Origin: Candidatus Latescibacterota bacterium
GTDB taxonomy: Bacteria > Latescibacterota > UBA2968 > GCA-2709665
Length of the DNA: 64,000 bases
Direction: 5' to 3'
Assembly (NCBI GenBank): GCA_963667175.2
Contig: CAXXXF010000003.1
Coordinates: 224,001 to 288,000, forward strand
Shown: positions 1-11,000 of the stretch, piece after piece
Position numbering within the stretch: position 1 is the stretch's first letter
How the letters are laid out: each line of letters opens with the position of its first letter
The notes under the pieces: generated by a model
What the model was told of the DNA's origin: nothing
Database searches by the model: none
Seen by the model: only the letters and a program-made list of their open reading frames with translations
Program-made: the position numbers and the translations under genes

Positions 1-1
1 T

Positions 2-3000
2 CTCGTCTCCGAACTTCGTGATTGGCGCAATAAATGGGCGCACCAGGAGCACTTTTCGAGCGATGATACAGACCGGGCCCTCGACTCCGCGGAGCGACTG
101 CTTACGGCGGTTTCGGCATCCCAGGCGGGCCAGGTCAATCGAATGAAAGTGGAGCTTCGCCGTCTGGTAATTGACGAACAGGTCCGGGGGGAACAGCGCA
201 AGGCGGGCGCGCTTATCGAGTCCCCGGGCGCCAGTGCATTGAAACCCTGGCGCGAGGTGGCAATGCCGCACAACGACGTCGCCACGGGCGGGTACCAGCA
301 GGCGGAGTTCGCAGCGGATTTGTGGCAGGTACACCTCGGAGAAGGGTCGGACGAGTATCGCGACCCGCAGGAGTTCTTCCGCCGCACGTATCTCACTGAA
401 AGCCTGAGACGTCTGCTGGAAGGCGCGGTGAGACGTTTGGCAGGTACGGGAGGCGACCCGGTGGTGCAGTTGCAGACCAATTTCGGCGGCGGCAAAACGC
501 ACTCGATGTTGGCGCTCTACCATCTGTTTTCCGGAATGGCGCCAGGAAGGCTCGAGGGCATGGACGAGGTGCTGGCGGGCGCGGCGGTCGAAACGCCCCC
601 GTCCGTACGGCGCGTGGTGCTGGTTGGAAACCGAATCTCACCCGGGAATCCGACGGAAAAATCGGACGGCACGGTGGTGGGCACGTTGTGGGGCGAACTC
701 GCGTACCAGCTTGGCGGTCGGGATGCGTTCGAGCGGGTCCGCGCGGATGACGAGAAGGCCACAAATCCCGGCGATACGCTGCGGGAACTGTTCAACGATT
801 ACGGACCGTGCGTCGTGCTCATCGATGAGTGGGTGTCGTACGCGCGGCAACTGCACGATGAAGGCGACCTGCCCGGCGGCAGTTTCGAGACGCAGTTCAC
901 GTTCGCGCAGGCCCTCACCGAATCGGTGAAAGTCACGGGCAACTGCCTGCTGGTGATATCGCTACCGGCCTCGGACACGTCGGATTCGGGTTCGCCGCAT
1001 ACGGAGGCTGACGATGCGGAGGTGGGCGGTATTCGGGGCCGAAGCGCCCTCGAACGCTTGCGAAATGTACTCGGACGGGTGGATTCGCCCTGGCGTCCGG
1101 CGAGCGCCGAGGAAAGCTTTGAAATCGTACGGCGCAGGCTGTTCGAGCCGCTCGCGGGGACGGACGCATTTAAGCAGCGCGATGTGACCGCCCGCGCTTT
1201 CGCGGATCTCTATCGCGTACAGCAGGGAAATTTTCCGGCTGAGTGCCGCGCCATGGATTATCAGAAGCGCATGATGGCCGCGTACCCCATCCATCCGGAG
1301 ATATTCGACAGGCTTTACACGGACTGGTCCGCGCTCGCCAGGTTCCAGCGGACGCGCGGCGTTCTGCGACTGATGGCCGCGGTCATCCACAGTCTTTGGG
1401 AGCGTGGCGACCGCAATCCACTCATTCTGCCGTCCACCATACCCATTGACGATCAGCGGGTTCAGAATGAACTGACGCGGTATCTGCCCGAGAACTGGAC
1501 GCCCGTTATCGAGAAAGACGTTGACGGTCCGGGCGCATTGCCGCTCAGGATCGACGCCGAAGTACCGAACCTTGGCAAACTCTCCGCGACGAGACGCGTG
1601 GCGCGTACCGTCTATATCGGATCGGCGCCGACCCGCGCGGCGGCGCAACGGGGTATCGACGACGCGCGGGTTAAACTGGGGTGCGCCATGCCGGGGGAGA
1701 CGCCAGCGGTCTTTACGGACGCGCTTCGCAGGCTAGCGACGGCGGCAACCTATCTGTACCAGGACGGGCCGCGCGTGTGGTACGATACGCAGCCGACGGT
1801 CACCAAACTGGCCGAAGACCGCGCCGAGCAGTTGAGGACCCATCCCGACGAGATGGCGAGAGAACTGGAAAAACGACTCGAATCGGACTTGCGCACGGCC
1901 GGAGATTTCGAGCGAATCCATTCACTTCCCCGTTCGGGGGCGGACGTACCGGACGATCTGGACGCACGGCTCGTGGTGCTTTCAGCGGAGCAGCCCTACT
2001 CGAGAGAGCCGGACAACGCGGCGGAAGCCGCCGCAAAAGAGGTCCTGGAAATGCGCGGCAACACGCCGCGTCTTTACAGGAATACATTGGTCTTCCTCGC
2101 AGTGGACAAGGTGCGATGGCAGGACCTGGATGAGGCCCTGCGCAAGTATCTGGCGTGGAAGTCGATTGTCGAAGACAGGGTCGAACTCAACCTTGATCCG
2201 CATCAGGCCCGCCAGGCCGAAACTCAAAGGAATGCGGCTGACGACACGGTGACCGCGCGCCTGCCAGAGGCGTATCAGTGGCTGCTCGTGCCCGAGCAGT
2301 CCAACCCACAGGCGGCGATGTCATGGAATGCAATCCGTCTCACGGCCTCCGGCGGCCTCGCCGAACGGGCTTCCAGGCGGCTGCGAAACGACGAGACGAT
2401 GATTTCCTCACTCGGCGCGACAATACTGCAAAAGCACCTCGACGACGTGCCGCTCTGGCGCGGCGAACACGTGGAGGTGCGTCAACTGATTCAGGATTTC
2501 GGGCAATTTCTCTACCTTCCCCGCCTTGCCGGGCCGGACGTTCTCACGCGCGCAATTCAGGACGGCGTGGGATTGATATCCTGGAAATCCGATAGCTTCG
2601 CCTATGCCGAGAGTTACGACGAATCCGAAAGCAGGTATCGCGGCCTGCGAGCGCCATCGACCGTGAGCGTTACGCCCGAGAGCAACGCACTCCTGGTGAA
2701 GCCGATTGTCGCTGGCGAACAGTTGGACGCGGAGAGACAAAAGCAAGAAGGATCGGAGACGGCGGGCGGTGGCAGCGAAGAAGACGGTAGGGAAGATCAG
2801 CCACATGTTGCGGACAAGCCACCCGAACCGAAGGCCACGCGGTACCATGGCGCGGTGACGCTGAATCACCAGCGTGTGGGTCGCGACGCCAGTCAGATTG
2901 CCGACGAGGTGATCGCGCATCTATCGGGGATCGTGGGCGCGGACGTGACGGTGACGCTGGAGATTCACGCGGAGATACCCGATGGCGCCCCGGAAAACGT

Positions 3001-3067
3001 CGTGCGGACGGTTACCGAGAACAGCCATACTCTAAAGTTCGAGAGCCACGGGTTCGAGGAGTCGTAA
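2..3067 (+). CDS. Swt1-like HEPN + DUF499 AAA+ ATPase (5' truncated by window edge)
   Basis: Frame is open from nt 2 (LVSELRDWRNKWAHQEHF..., RxxxxH HEPN motif) into the 143..3067 ORF. Walker A QTNFGGGKTHS, Walker B VLIDEW, and the EFAADL, YPIHPE and FQRTRGVLRLMA motifs typical of DUF499 ATPases. Confidence 0.88.
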   Translation, partial: LVSELRDWRNKWAHQEHFSSDDTDRALDSAERLLTAVSASQAGQVNRMKVELRRLVIDEQVRGEQRKAGALIESPGASALKPWREVAMPHNDVATGGYQQAEFAADLWQVHLGEGSDEYRDPQEFFRRTYLTESLRRLLEGAVRRLAGTGGDPVVQLQTNFGGGKTHSMLALYHLFSGMAPGRLEGMDEVLAGAAVETPPSVRRVVLVGNRISPGNPTEKSDGTVVGTLWGELAYQLGGRDAFERVRADDEKATNPGDTLRELFNDYGPCVVLIDEWVSYARQLHDEGDLPGGSFETQFTFAQALTESVKVTGNCLLVISLPASDTSDSGSPHTEADDAEVGGIRGRSALERLRNVLGRVDSPWRPASAEESFEIVRRRLFEPLAGTDAFKQRDVTARAFADLYRVQQGNFPAECRAMDYQKRMMAAYPIHPEIFDRLYTDWSALARFQRTRGVLRLMAAVIHSLWERGDRNPLILPSTIPIDDQRVQNELTRYLPENWTPVIEKDVDGPGALPLRIDAEVPNLGKLSATRRVARTVYIGSAPTRAAAQRGIDDARVKLGCAMPGETPAVFTDALRRLATAATYLYQDGPRVWYDTQPTVTKLAEDRAEQLRTHPDEMARELEKRLESDLRTAGDFERIHSLPRSGADVPDDLDARLVVLSAEQPYSREPDNAAEAAAKEVLEMRGNTPRLYRNTLVFLAVDKVRWQDLDEALRKYLAWKSIVEDRVELNLDPHQARQAETQRNAADDTVTARLPEAYQWLLVPEQSNPQAAMSWNAIRLTASGGLAERASRRLRNDETMISSLGATILQKHLDDVPLWRGEHVEVRQLIQDFGQFLYLPRLAGPDVLTRAIQDGVGLISWKSDSFAYAESYDESESRYRGLRAPSTVSVTPESNALLVKPIVAGEQLDAERQKQEGSETAGGGSEEDGREDQPHVADKPPEPKATRYHGAVTLNHQRVGRDASQIADEVIAHLSGIVGADVTVTLEIHAEIPDGAPENVVRTVTENSHTLKFESHGFEES

Positions 3068-3201
3068 CGTCGGGCGGGTTGTGTGGGCAATGCAATGATT
3101 GAATTGCTGCCTTGTAGAGTTATATTGAGTGTTGAGAGAGAGACCGAGGGAACCACGTCCCGAAGTAGCGGTCTATTCATATATGATTTGGAGGGCCCAA
3201 T

Positions 3202-3414
3202 ATGCGGACGAGCGAAGTTATATTCGAAGTGACCGAAGCCATTGAAGGCGGCTACGATGCCAGGGCGCTGGGTCATGCAATTTTCACCCAGGGACAAGAT
3301 TGGACCGATTTGAAGTCTATGGTCAAGGACGCGGTACTCTGCCACTTTGATACTGCGGATTTGCCCAAAGTAATCCGGCTGCATCTCGTCAAGGATGAAG
3401 TGATCGCAGTATGA
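3202..3414 (+). CDS. HicB-like antitoxin
   Basis: 70 aa, IFEVTEAIEGGYDARALGHAIFTQG..L..MVKDAVLCHF; GGAGG RBS upstream; stop overlaps the next ATG (ATGA). Confidence 0.75.
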   Translation: MRTSEVIFEVTEAIEGGYDARALGHAIFTQGQDWTDLKSMVKDAVLCHFDTADLPKVIRLHLVKDEVIAV

Positions 3415-3452
3415 GACTGCCTCGGGATCTTTCCGGCGACGAATTGGCTGGA
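3411..3452 (+). pseudogene. HicA-like toxin, only the N-terminal ~13 codons remain
   Basis: MRLPRDLSGDELA is a typical HicA N-terminus coupled to the HicB-like gene. The following sequence lacks the GSH motif and looks unrelated. Confidence 0.6.
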
Positions 3453-3620
3453 TTCCCGCATATGCCGAAAGCGGGGCGTCGAGGCCAGCCCCCGACATTT
3501 ACATTGATGATGGGACTCTTGTCGAGTTTGCAATTCGTTAAATCGTATGCCTCTCGTTCAATCGGTCACAAAACGAAGCGGTTGTCAAGCATATATTCTG
3601 TGGAGACCCATTGGTCGAAC

Positions 3621-3770
3621 ATGAAGACGAATTTACATGCGCAAGCGGAGCGATTTGACACCTCTGTAAACCGAAACGATTCCTGGAGCGAGCAAGATCA
3701 AAGAGATTTGACGAAAGCCTCCTTACAGCATGCGGTGACACGCTACCCCGAGGATGAGCATCTTGTTTAA
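3621..3770 (+). CDS. small putative antitoxin of the PemK-like toxin
   Basis: 49 aa acidic ORF (DSWSEQDQRDLTKASLQHA) overlapping the start of the PemK-like gene. Confidence 0.5.
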   Translation: MKTNLHAQAERFDTSVNRNDSWSEQDQRDLTKASLQHAVTRYPEDEHLV

Positions 3771-4104
3771 TCCGGGCGACGTGGTAGTGCTTGAATTTCC
3801 TGGTGCGAAGGAGATCAAACGCCGACCGGCGGACCTCGTCTCGTCTTCGGTTTATCATACTTCTCGACCTGATGTGGTCGTCGGCCTGGTTAAAAGCCAA
3901 ACCATGGAACTCGAGCCCGCGGACTATGTATTGCAGGATTGGCCGCAGGCGGGTTTGAGGATTCCGTCTGTTTTTCGCGGTTTTTTCGCGACTCTGCCCA
4001 CTGCTACCCATCATGCGGTTGTCGGCCGTCTGTCGGAACGCGACTGAATCGAAGTATGTGGGCGTGTGAGAATTGCCCCGGAGCCACTGGCTTCCATTGA
4101 GTGA
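3754..4104 (+). pseudogene. PemK/MazF-family toxin with probable premature stop
   Basis: PGDVVVLEFP..KRRPA..VS and LQDWPQAGLRIPS motifs. TGA at 4045-4047 sits where GRLSERD-W is expected, and the frame continues IEVCGRVRIA. Confidence 0.7.
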
Positions 4105-4225
4105 CGGGCTCACAACGGCCCCACAATGCGGGCGGAGCGCCAGTGGGTATTGCGGCAATCGGAAAGATTGGAGATTGACCCCCTGCCACGATCAGCATGC
4201 CAGGGTCCAGGGCGTTAATTTCCCT

Positions 4226-4480
4226 GGGAGCGAGGGCATCCCTGCCCTCGCCGGCAGATGCGCGGGGCCTTGGCGCCGTCATTTCCGATATGGAATTGGC
4301 TGCAAAGGAAGCGGTAGGCCCTTGATTTAGACATTGGTGGGTGATGCGAAGTTCGAGGGCAGGGATGCCCTCGGTCCGGAAACTGGTGGATCATGAACTG
4401 ATGTAAGGCAGAATTGGCTCGGTGTTGGGGATGCCCTCGGTCCGGGGATGCCCTTCGGTCCCGGGGATGCCCATCGTTCT
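4226..4480. repeat. REP/REPIN-like palindromic repeat cluster
   Basis: cgagggcatccctgccctcg (4231-4250) is the exact reverse complement of 4354-4373. Three further gggatgccc..ggtcc-like half copies lie at 4428-4479. Confidence 0.75.
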
Positions 4481-4676
4481 GTGGATGCGGCGTCTCCGGC
4501 CGAGGATGGGTCGAAACCTTAGCTGGCGCATGATTTAGACATACTTATATTTAATACAACCCAGCGGTCCGTGCAGAGCGGCCGATGTGAATTCTCATTG
4601 ACGCCCGGCGCGCGCGGTTCCGGGTGTCTTTTAGTTGCGATCGAGAGGGATTTCGAGTCGCGAGGAGGGCTGTGCG

Positions 4677-7600
4677 ATGGCATTTTCACCTGCGGTTCAC
4701 GAGACGAATCTGGGGCAGGGGGTCTGCATATCGGCGCCGGCGGGGGAATCCTACCAGGATGCGGCCCGCAGTCTGAAGGAGTCACTGGAGGACACGCTTT
4801 CGGCGCCCGTGGACGTGCTTCCGGACGGAGAACTGGATGGCGGCGGCCGGCACGTGATCGCGCTGGGGAACATGATGGACAGCGCGTTCCTGCGAACGCT
4901 CTATTTCCGGGCCTACGATCTCACCGACCGGGTATGGCCGGGGCCTGGCGGGTGGGTGGTGCGCACGGCGCCTCATTCACTGGACGGCGCGGATCACGTG
5001 CTCGTAGCGGGCGTGAGCAGCGCGGAGGATATCGGCGAAGCGGCCGGCGCGCTGGCGGGCGCGATCGCGGAAAGCGGTCCGGTCCTCCCGTACCAATACG
5101 AGGTGCATCCGGGCAGCTGGTCGGACCTGTACGTGACGCCGGCGAACGAGTTGATCGCAAAGAGCGAAAGGGACCTCGAGCAGGAATCCATCGGCGGTGG
5201 ATCGGGCGACTGGACCTACATGATGGTTGTGGCCGATATGGGGATGTTGGCGGTGCAGACGGGAAACGAAGCGTTGACGTCGACGTTCTGCCGGCAGATC
5301 TGCCACTTCGCCCGCACGCGCTGGTTCGAGCGGACGCTGGAGGACCCCACGTTGATCCACGGCTTCATCCGGGTTCTTCTGCTGCCGTTCACGATCCTGG
5401 AAAACCATCCCGCGCTTCCCGCCTCACTCCGGGAGCAGACGCTGGAGGCGCTGCTGGGGCTCTTCAGGTCGGCGGAAGGGGCCGGCAATTCCGGGTTGCT
5501 GTCCTGCGTGGGCGTGGACAGGGTGCGCCAGAACCATCAGACCCGATCGGCGCTGGATATGTTCTACGGAGGCCGCTACTTCCACCAGGTGCATGGGCTC
5601 GCGGAGGGGTTGGCGTGGATGAAGCTGGCGGAGGTCTTCTTTGCGCCGCAGATGGGATCCAACAAGCCCGTGTGCGACTCGTGGGGCCACCAGTGGGGGG
5701 CCTCGCTGTTCAACACGGCGGATTACGCGCTGGCGGCGGGGAAGACCGACTACTTTTCAAGCCAGGCCTATCTCGAGGGCGTGGACCGGGCGCTCGTCGC
5801 GCACAGCAACCTGGAGCGCGGCCCGGAACAGTACTGCCGCATGGCCGCGGCGGTTACGGGCAATGATGAATACCTGCAGCTTTGTGAATCCATCGACGAA
5901 GAAGCCACGGCGGAGCGGACCATTCGAGGGGCTGAGGAACCCCTGCGGACATGGGTGACGGGACGGCGGGCGGTGGCGCCGGAGAGGTTGGGACGGGTCG
6001 GCGTGGCCCCTCTCTCGCGGCTTTTCTACGATTCGATCGAAGAATATACGACGTTTGCGCCGGAGAATGGCATTTATCTGCGGAATCTGCCCTACGAACA
6101 GACGTTCGACAAGGTGTACTTCCGGTCCGGATGGACGGACCAGGACGATTACCTGTTGCTGGACGGGATCTCGGGCGGCTCTCACTCCTACCAGGACGGC
6201 AACTGCATTGTGCGTTACACCAGTCGCGGCGTATCCTGGTTCAGGTTTGCCGGCGGGCATTCGCCCGCAACGGTTCGAGATTACACGGGCGTGAGTGTAT
6301 CCGTGGACGGCGCCGGGCCGGGGTGCGAGTCCAGGTACGCGGCGTTGCGTTATCTTCACGAAGGGGAGTCCCTTTCCGTGGCCGGTACGTCGATGACCTA
6401 TCCGGAGCAGGGGGACTGGTACCGGCATATCGTGTACAGCCGTGACGGATGGTTTCTTGTGATCGACGAAGTCTGGCCTGTGGTGACGGGCGACTTTCTG
6501 GTGGAGTGTCGCTGGCACCTTCTGGGCGAAGCGGACCTTTCCGATGGGCTGTTGCGTTCGGTTCAGAACGATGCGCAACTGAATATGCGCCACTGTGGAA
6601 GCGGTCGCCAGGAACTGATTGCGTCGGACGATTGGTGCGCGGAGGACTACGCGAAATGGGTCCAGCGTTCCCTGGCGACGCTCCGGCCCGGGACGGGGAT
6701 CCGGTTCGGGACGCTTTTCTGGACCGGCGCGGTGGGAGACGGAAGGGATTTCAGCCTGGTCGAGGAAAAAAGCGGCTTCCGGATCGAGGGGGATGGCGAC
6801 CCCGTCAGGATCGTCCTGGAAGAGGAGGTAGAGAGCCCCGCCGTTGCCGCCTCCGGCGCGACGTTACCCACAGCGAGCGGGGGCGTCGTTGCGTCCGATC
6901 CCACGCCATTCCAAATTGCCGGCGGCGAAGCCAGGCCTGAATGGAGTACGCGGTGTGCAAACGCCGTGACCGCGCTGGATATCGGGTCGGAGAGATGGTT
7001 CGGCGGCGACGACGGCGGGGTGACCGCGTTCGATCCCGCCGGAGACGTACTCTGGAAACGGGAGATCGAAGGCGGCGTCGGCGCCATTGCGGCCCTGGAC
7101 GACGGCGGCGCTGCCGCCGGGGGCGGCGGAGAAACCGTGTACCGGCTGGATGCCTCCGGAGATACGGTCTGGTCGCACCGGATCCAGTGGCAGCCGATGA
7201 ACTGGGATAGCTGGTCCAGGAAGAATTGTGAGGTCTTGAGTCTGGCCTCGGGCGATATCGACGGGGACGGACGGGAGGAGATCCTGGTGGGATGCGCGGA
7301 CCGTCACGTGTACGCGTTTGATGGCGAGGGCAACCAATTATGGCGTTCCCCCTGCCAGTGGGGACCGCCGGTCTGTCTGGATACGGCGAGGCTGGCGGAC
7401 GGGCCGGAACGGCAGACGCTCGCCGGCCTGGCGGACCCCGCCATCCACGCGCACACCCTGGTCTTCGGCAAGGACGGGACGCTGGGGCGGCCGCTGCGGC
7501 GGCCGGATATCGTCAGCTGGTCGATCCCTTCGTGGTCCCGGTGCCTGAGGGTGGCGGACGTGGACGGCGACGGCCGGGACGAGGTGATCAGCGGGGTGGA

Positions 7601-7991
7601 TACCAACCACCGGCAGTTGATCGTGTACGGCCGGGACGGCGAGGTGGTCTGGGACGCGGACATGGGCGGAGGGGTACTCGCGGCCGAAGCCTTTGACGGG
7701 CGTGTCGTTGCGGGGGCGTCGAACGGATTCGTGCAGTGCTTCGACGCCGGTGGCGGGTTTCTGTGGCGCCGGTTTCTGACCCAACGTGTGGCCGGTCTTG
7801 CGCCAGTTGGCGATGGAGGTTGTCTGGCGGCCCTTCGAGGCGGAACCGTCGTGGGTCTGGACGGCAACGGAGAGATCCGGGCGACGCACTCCGGAAACCC
7901 CGAGATTGCGGTAACGGGCTGGGCGTCGGGATGGCCGGACGGGGGCCTGCTGGTGGGCCGGAAGGATGGCGCGCTGGATTTCTACCGGTAG
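4677..7991 (+). CDS. heparinase II/III-like (polysaccharide-lyase-type) protein with C-terminal PQQ/FG-GAP beta-propeller, paralog 1
   Basis: GAGGAGG RBS before ATG 4677. RQNHQ motif in a helical region, FDKVYFRSGW..DDYLLLDG..GGSHSYQDGN, and C-terminal GDIDGDGREEI / ADVDGDGRDEVI repeats. No signal peptide. Confidence 0.65.
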   Translation: MAFSPAVHETNLGQGVCISAPAGESYQDAARSLKESLEDTLSAPVDVLPDGELDGGGRHVIALGNMMDSAFLRTLYFRAYDLTDRVWPGPGGWVVRTAPHSLDGADHVLVAGVSSAEDIGEAAGALAGAIAESGPVLPYQYEVHPGSWSDLYVTPANELIAKSERDLEQESIGGGSGDWTYMMVVADMGMLAVQTGNEALTSTFCRQICHFARTRWFERTLEDPTLIHGFIRVLLLPFTILENHPALPASLREQTLEALLGLFRSAEGAGNSGLLSCVGVDRVRQNHQTRSALDMFYGGRYFHQVHGLAEGLAWMKLAEVFFAPQMGSNKPVCDSWGHQWGASLFNTADYALAAGKTDYFSSQAYLEGVDRALVAHSNLERGPEQYCRMAAAVTGNDEYLQLCESIDEEATAERTIRGAEEPLRTWVTGRRAVAPERLGRVGVAPLSRLFYDSIEEYTTFAPENGIYLRNLPYEQTFDKVYFRSGWTDQDDYLLLDGISGGSHSYQDGNCIVRYTSRGVSWFRFAGGHSPATVRDYTGVSVSVDGAGPGCESRYAALRYLHEGESLSVAGTSMTYPEQGDWYRHIVYSRDGWFLVIDEVWPVVTGDFLVECRWHLLGEADLSDGLLRSVQNDAQLNMRHCGSGRQELIASDDWCAEDYAKWVQRSLATLRPGTGIRFGTLFWTGAVGDGRDFSLVEEKSGFRIEGDGDPVRIVLEEEVESPAVAASGATLPTASGGVVASDPTPFQIAGGEARPEWSTRCANAVTALDIGSERWFGGDDGGVTAFDPAGDVLWKREIEGGVGAIAALDDGGAAAGGGGETVYRLDASGDTVWSHRIQWQPMNWDSWSRKNCEVLSLASGDIDGDGREEILVGCADRHVYAFDGEGNQLWRSPCQWGPPVCLDTARLADGPERQTLAGLADPAIHAHTLVFGKDGTLGRPLRRPDIVSWSIPSWSRCLRVADVDGDGRDEVISGVDTNHRQLIVYGRDGEVVWDADMGGGVLAAEAFDGRVVAGASNGFVQCFDAGGGFLWRRFLTQRVAGLAPVGDGGCLAALRGGTVVGLDGNGEIRATHSGNPEIAVTGWASGWPDGGLLVGRKDGALDFYR

Positions 7992-8068
7992 GCGACGGGC
8001 GCGCCTGTTCATCCATGTGAACTCCCGGACCATGATATATATGTAGCACACGGAGAAAGGATTGCGAT

Positions 8069-11000
8069 ATGAACTTCCGCAAACCGATCCACCAGACGGA
8101 TCTCACTTCGGGCGTTTGTATATCCGCGCCGGATACCCAGCCATACCAGGAAGCGGCGCAGCGTCTTCAATCTGCCCTGCAAGGCGTGCTTTCGGACAAC
8201 GTGGAGATTTTGACGGACGCACGGCTCGACGCGGATGGACGCCACGTGATCGCGTTGGGCAATATGATGGACAGCGCGTTCCTGAAGACCCTGTACTTCC
8301 GGGCATACGATCTGACCGACAGGGTCTGGCCCGGTCCCGGCGGGTGGGCGGTCCGCACCGCGCCGGACTCCCTGGACAACGTAGGGCACGTGATCGTCGT
8401 TGGTGTGAGTGGCGCCGACGACGTTTCCGAGGCGGCGGATGCGCTTTCCCGTACGATAGAGTCCGAGGGCGCCACCCTCCCGTATCAGCATCGGGTGACG
8501 CTGGGCAAGTGGGCGGACCTGTATCGGAAGCCGGCGCGTGATCGGCTGGACCAGGGGGACGAGGCTCTGGAGCGGGTGTTCACGAGCGGCCCCGGGGACT
8601 GGACCTACATGTGGGCCATCGCCGAGATCGGGATGCTGGCGATACAGACGGGCAGGGAGGAACTGATCCCGATGTTCTGCCGTCAGGTCTGTAACTTCGC
8701 GCGCACGCGGTGGTTCGAGCGTCACCTGCCGGACCCGCCGCAGATCCACGGGTTCCTGAGGACCATGCTGCTGCCCTTCACCGTTCTGGAGAACCATCCC
8801 GCCCTTTCCGGTGACCAGCGACGGGAGACGCTGGAGGCATTCCTGGGGCTGTACCGGTCCACGGAGGGCGCAGGAAACGCCGGGTTTCTCAACCACGTGG
8901 GGGTCGACCGCGTGCGGCAGAACCACCAGACGATGTCGGGACTGGATCTGTTCTACGGAGGACGGTATTTCCACCAGGTCCACGGGTTGGCCGAAGGGCG
9001 GGCGTGGATGAAGCTGGCGGACGTGTTCTTCGCGCCTCAGATGGCGTCGAACAAGCCGGTCTGCGACTCATGGGGGCACCAGTGGGCGTTCTCGCTCTTC
9101 AATACCGCCGATTTCGCCCTGGCTTCGGGAAAGATGGACTATTTCTCCAGCAAACCGTACCTGGAAGGCGTGGACCGGGCGCTGATCGCGCACAGCAATC
9201 TGGAGGGAGGGCCCCATCAGTACATGCTGATGGCCGCGGCGGTCACGGGAAACGACGAATACCTCCGGCTGTGCGGGGCGTCGGATAGCGACACCCTTGC
9301 CGAGCGGGCCGTGCGGCCAAACGTGGAGCCGTTCCGGACCTGGGTCACGGGGCGGGAGGCTGCAACGCCGGAGCGGATGGGCCGTGCGGGCGCTGCGCCG
9401 CTCTCGCGGCTGTTTTACGATTCCCTCGAAGATTTCGGTGGATTCGCGCCGGCGGGCGTGTACCAGCGTGACGTTCCGTATGAAAAGACGTTCGACAAGG
9501 TGTATTTCAGGTCCGGGTGGACGGATGAAGACGACTATCTGCTGCTCTGCGGCATATCGGGCGGCTCCCATTCCTACCAGGACGGCAACTGCATCGTCCG
9601 GTATACCGGACGCGGGCGGAACTGGTTCGGAGGTCGGTTGGGTCCGGCCTCCGTAAGGGATCACAACGGCGTGAGTGTCGCGGTCGACGGCGCGGGGCCG
9701 GGCTGCGAGGCCCGGTACGCCGCGCTGCGATACCTGGAGGAGGGAGAAGGCCTGTCCGCGGCCGGGACGTCGATGGCTTATCCCGGACAGGCGGACTGGT
9801 ACCGGCATATCGTGCACGGCAGGCAGGGGTGGTTTCTGGTTATCGACGAAGCTTGGGCGAAGGCGGAAGGCGAGTACCTGATCGAGTGCCGCTGGCACGT
9901 GTACGGAGACGTGGAAACGGTCGATGGCGGGATTCGCGCCGTCCAGGAAGACACGAGGCTGGAAATGCGGCATTCGGGAAGCGGATCCCGGGAGTTGATT
10001 CCGGTGACCTCGGCGCTGGCAAACGAAGGAACGCGGTGGGTGCAGCGCTCGCTGAAATCGCTTCGGGCCGGAGAAGGCGTGCGGTTCGCGACACTTTTCT
10101 GGAGTGATCAAGAGGCGCGGCCCCGGAATTACGCACTGGTACCTGAAGCGTCAGGTTACCGGATTGAAGGCGAGGGCGAGGCGTCCACGGTTTCGCTTTC
10201 GGCAGGATGTGAGGATGTCAACATCGAGGCTCAGGTGGCCGTACTTCCAACGGCCGGTAACGCCGAGGATGCGTCGGACGCCGGGCCGTTCATCGCTTCG
10301 GACGGAGACGCGAGGACGGACTGGCGCGGACAGTGTGGCGCGGCCGTGACAGCGGTGGACGTTTGGGCGGAAGGATGTTTCGCGGGAGATGACAGCGGAG
10401 GCATCACGGCGTTCGACCGGAACGGCGGGAAACGGTGGACCCATTCCGTGCCGCGGGGAATCCGGACGGTCCTGGCCCTTGCCGACGGCGGGGTGGTGGC
10501 CGGCGGGGAGGCGGAGGCCGTGCACCGGCTGGACGCGTCGGGCAGGGAGGTGTGGTCGTATCCGCTCGAGTGGCAGCCGATGAACTGGGACTACTGGACG
10601 TGGCTGAACTGCAAAGTCCTCAGCCTCGCGGCCGCCGATATCGACGGTGACGGCCGGGAGGAGATCCTGGCGGGTTGCGCGGATCGTCACGTGTACGTGT
10701 TCGACGAGGACGGCGGTTTGTTGTGGCGTTCGGCCTGCCAGTGGGGTCCCCCCACGTGCCTTGAGGTGGCGCGGCTGCGTGACGGGAAAGGCCGGCACGT
10801 GCTGGCCGGGATGGCGGACCCGTCGATTCACGGGTGCGTGCGGGTATTCGATGCCGATGGCGCGTGCGTGGAGACGCTGTCGCGGCCGGATATCATGAGC
10901 TGGTCGATCCCCTCGTGGTCGAAGTGCCTTCGGGCGGTGGACCTGAACGGGGACGGCCTCGACGAGGTGATCAGCGGCGTGGATACGAATCACAGGCAGT

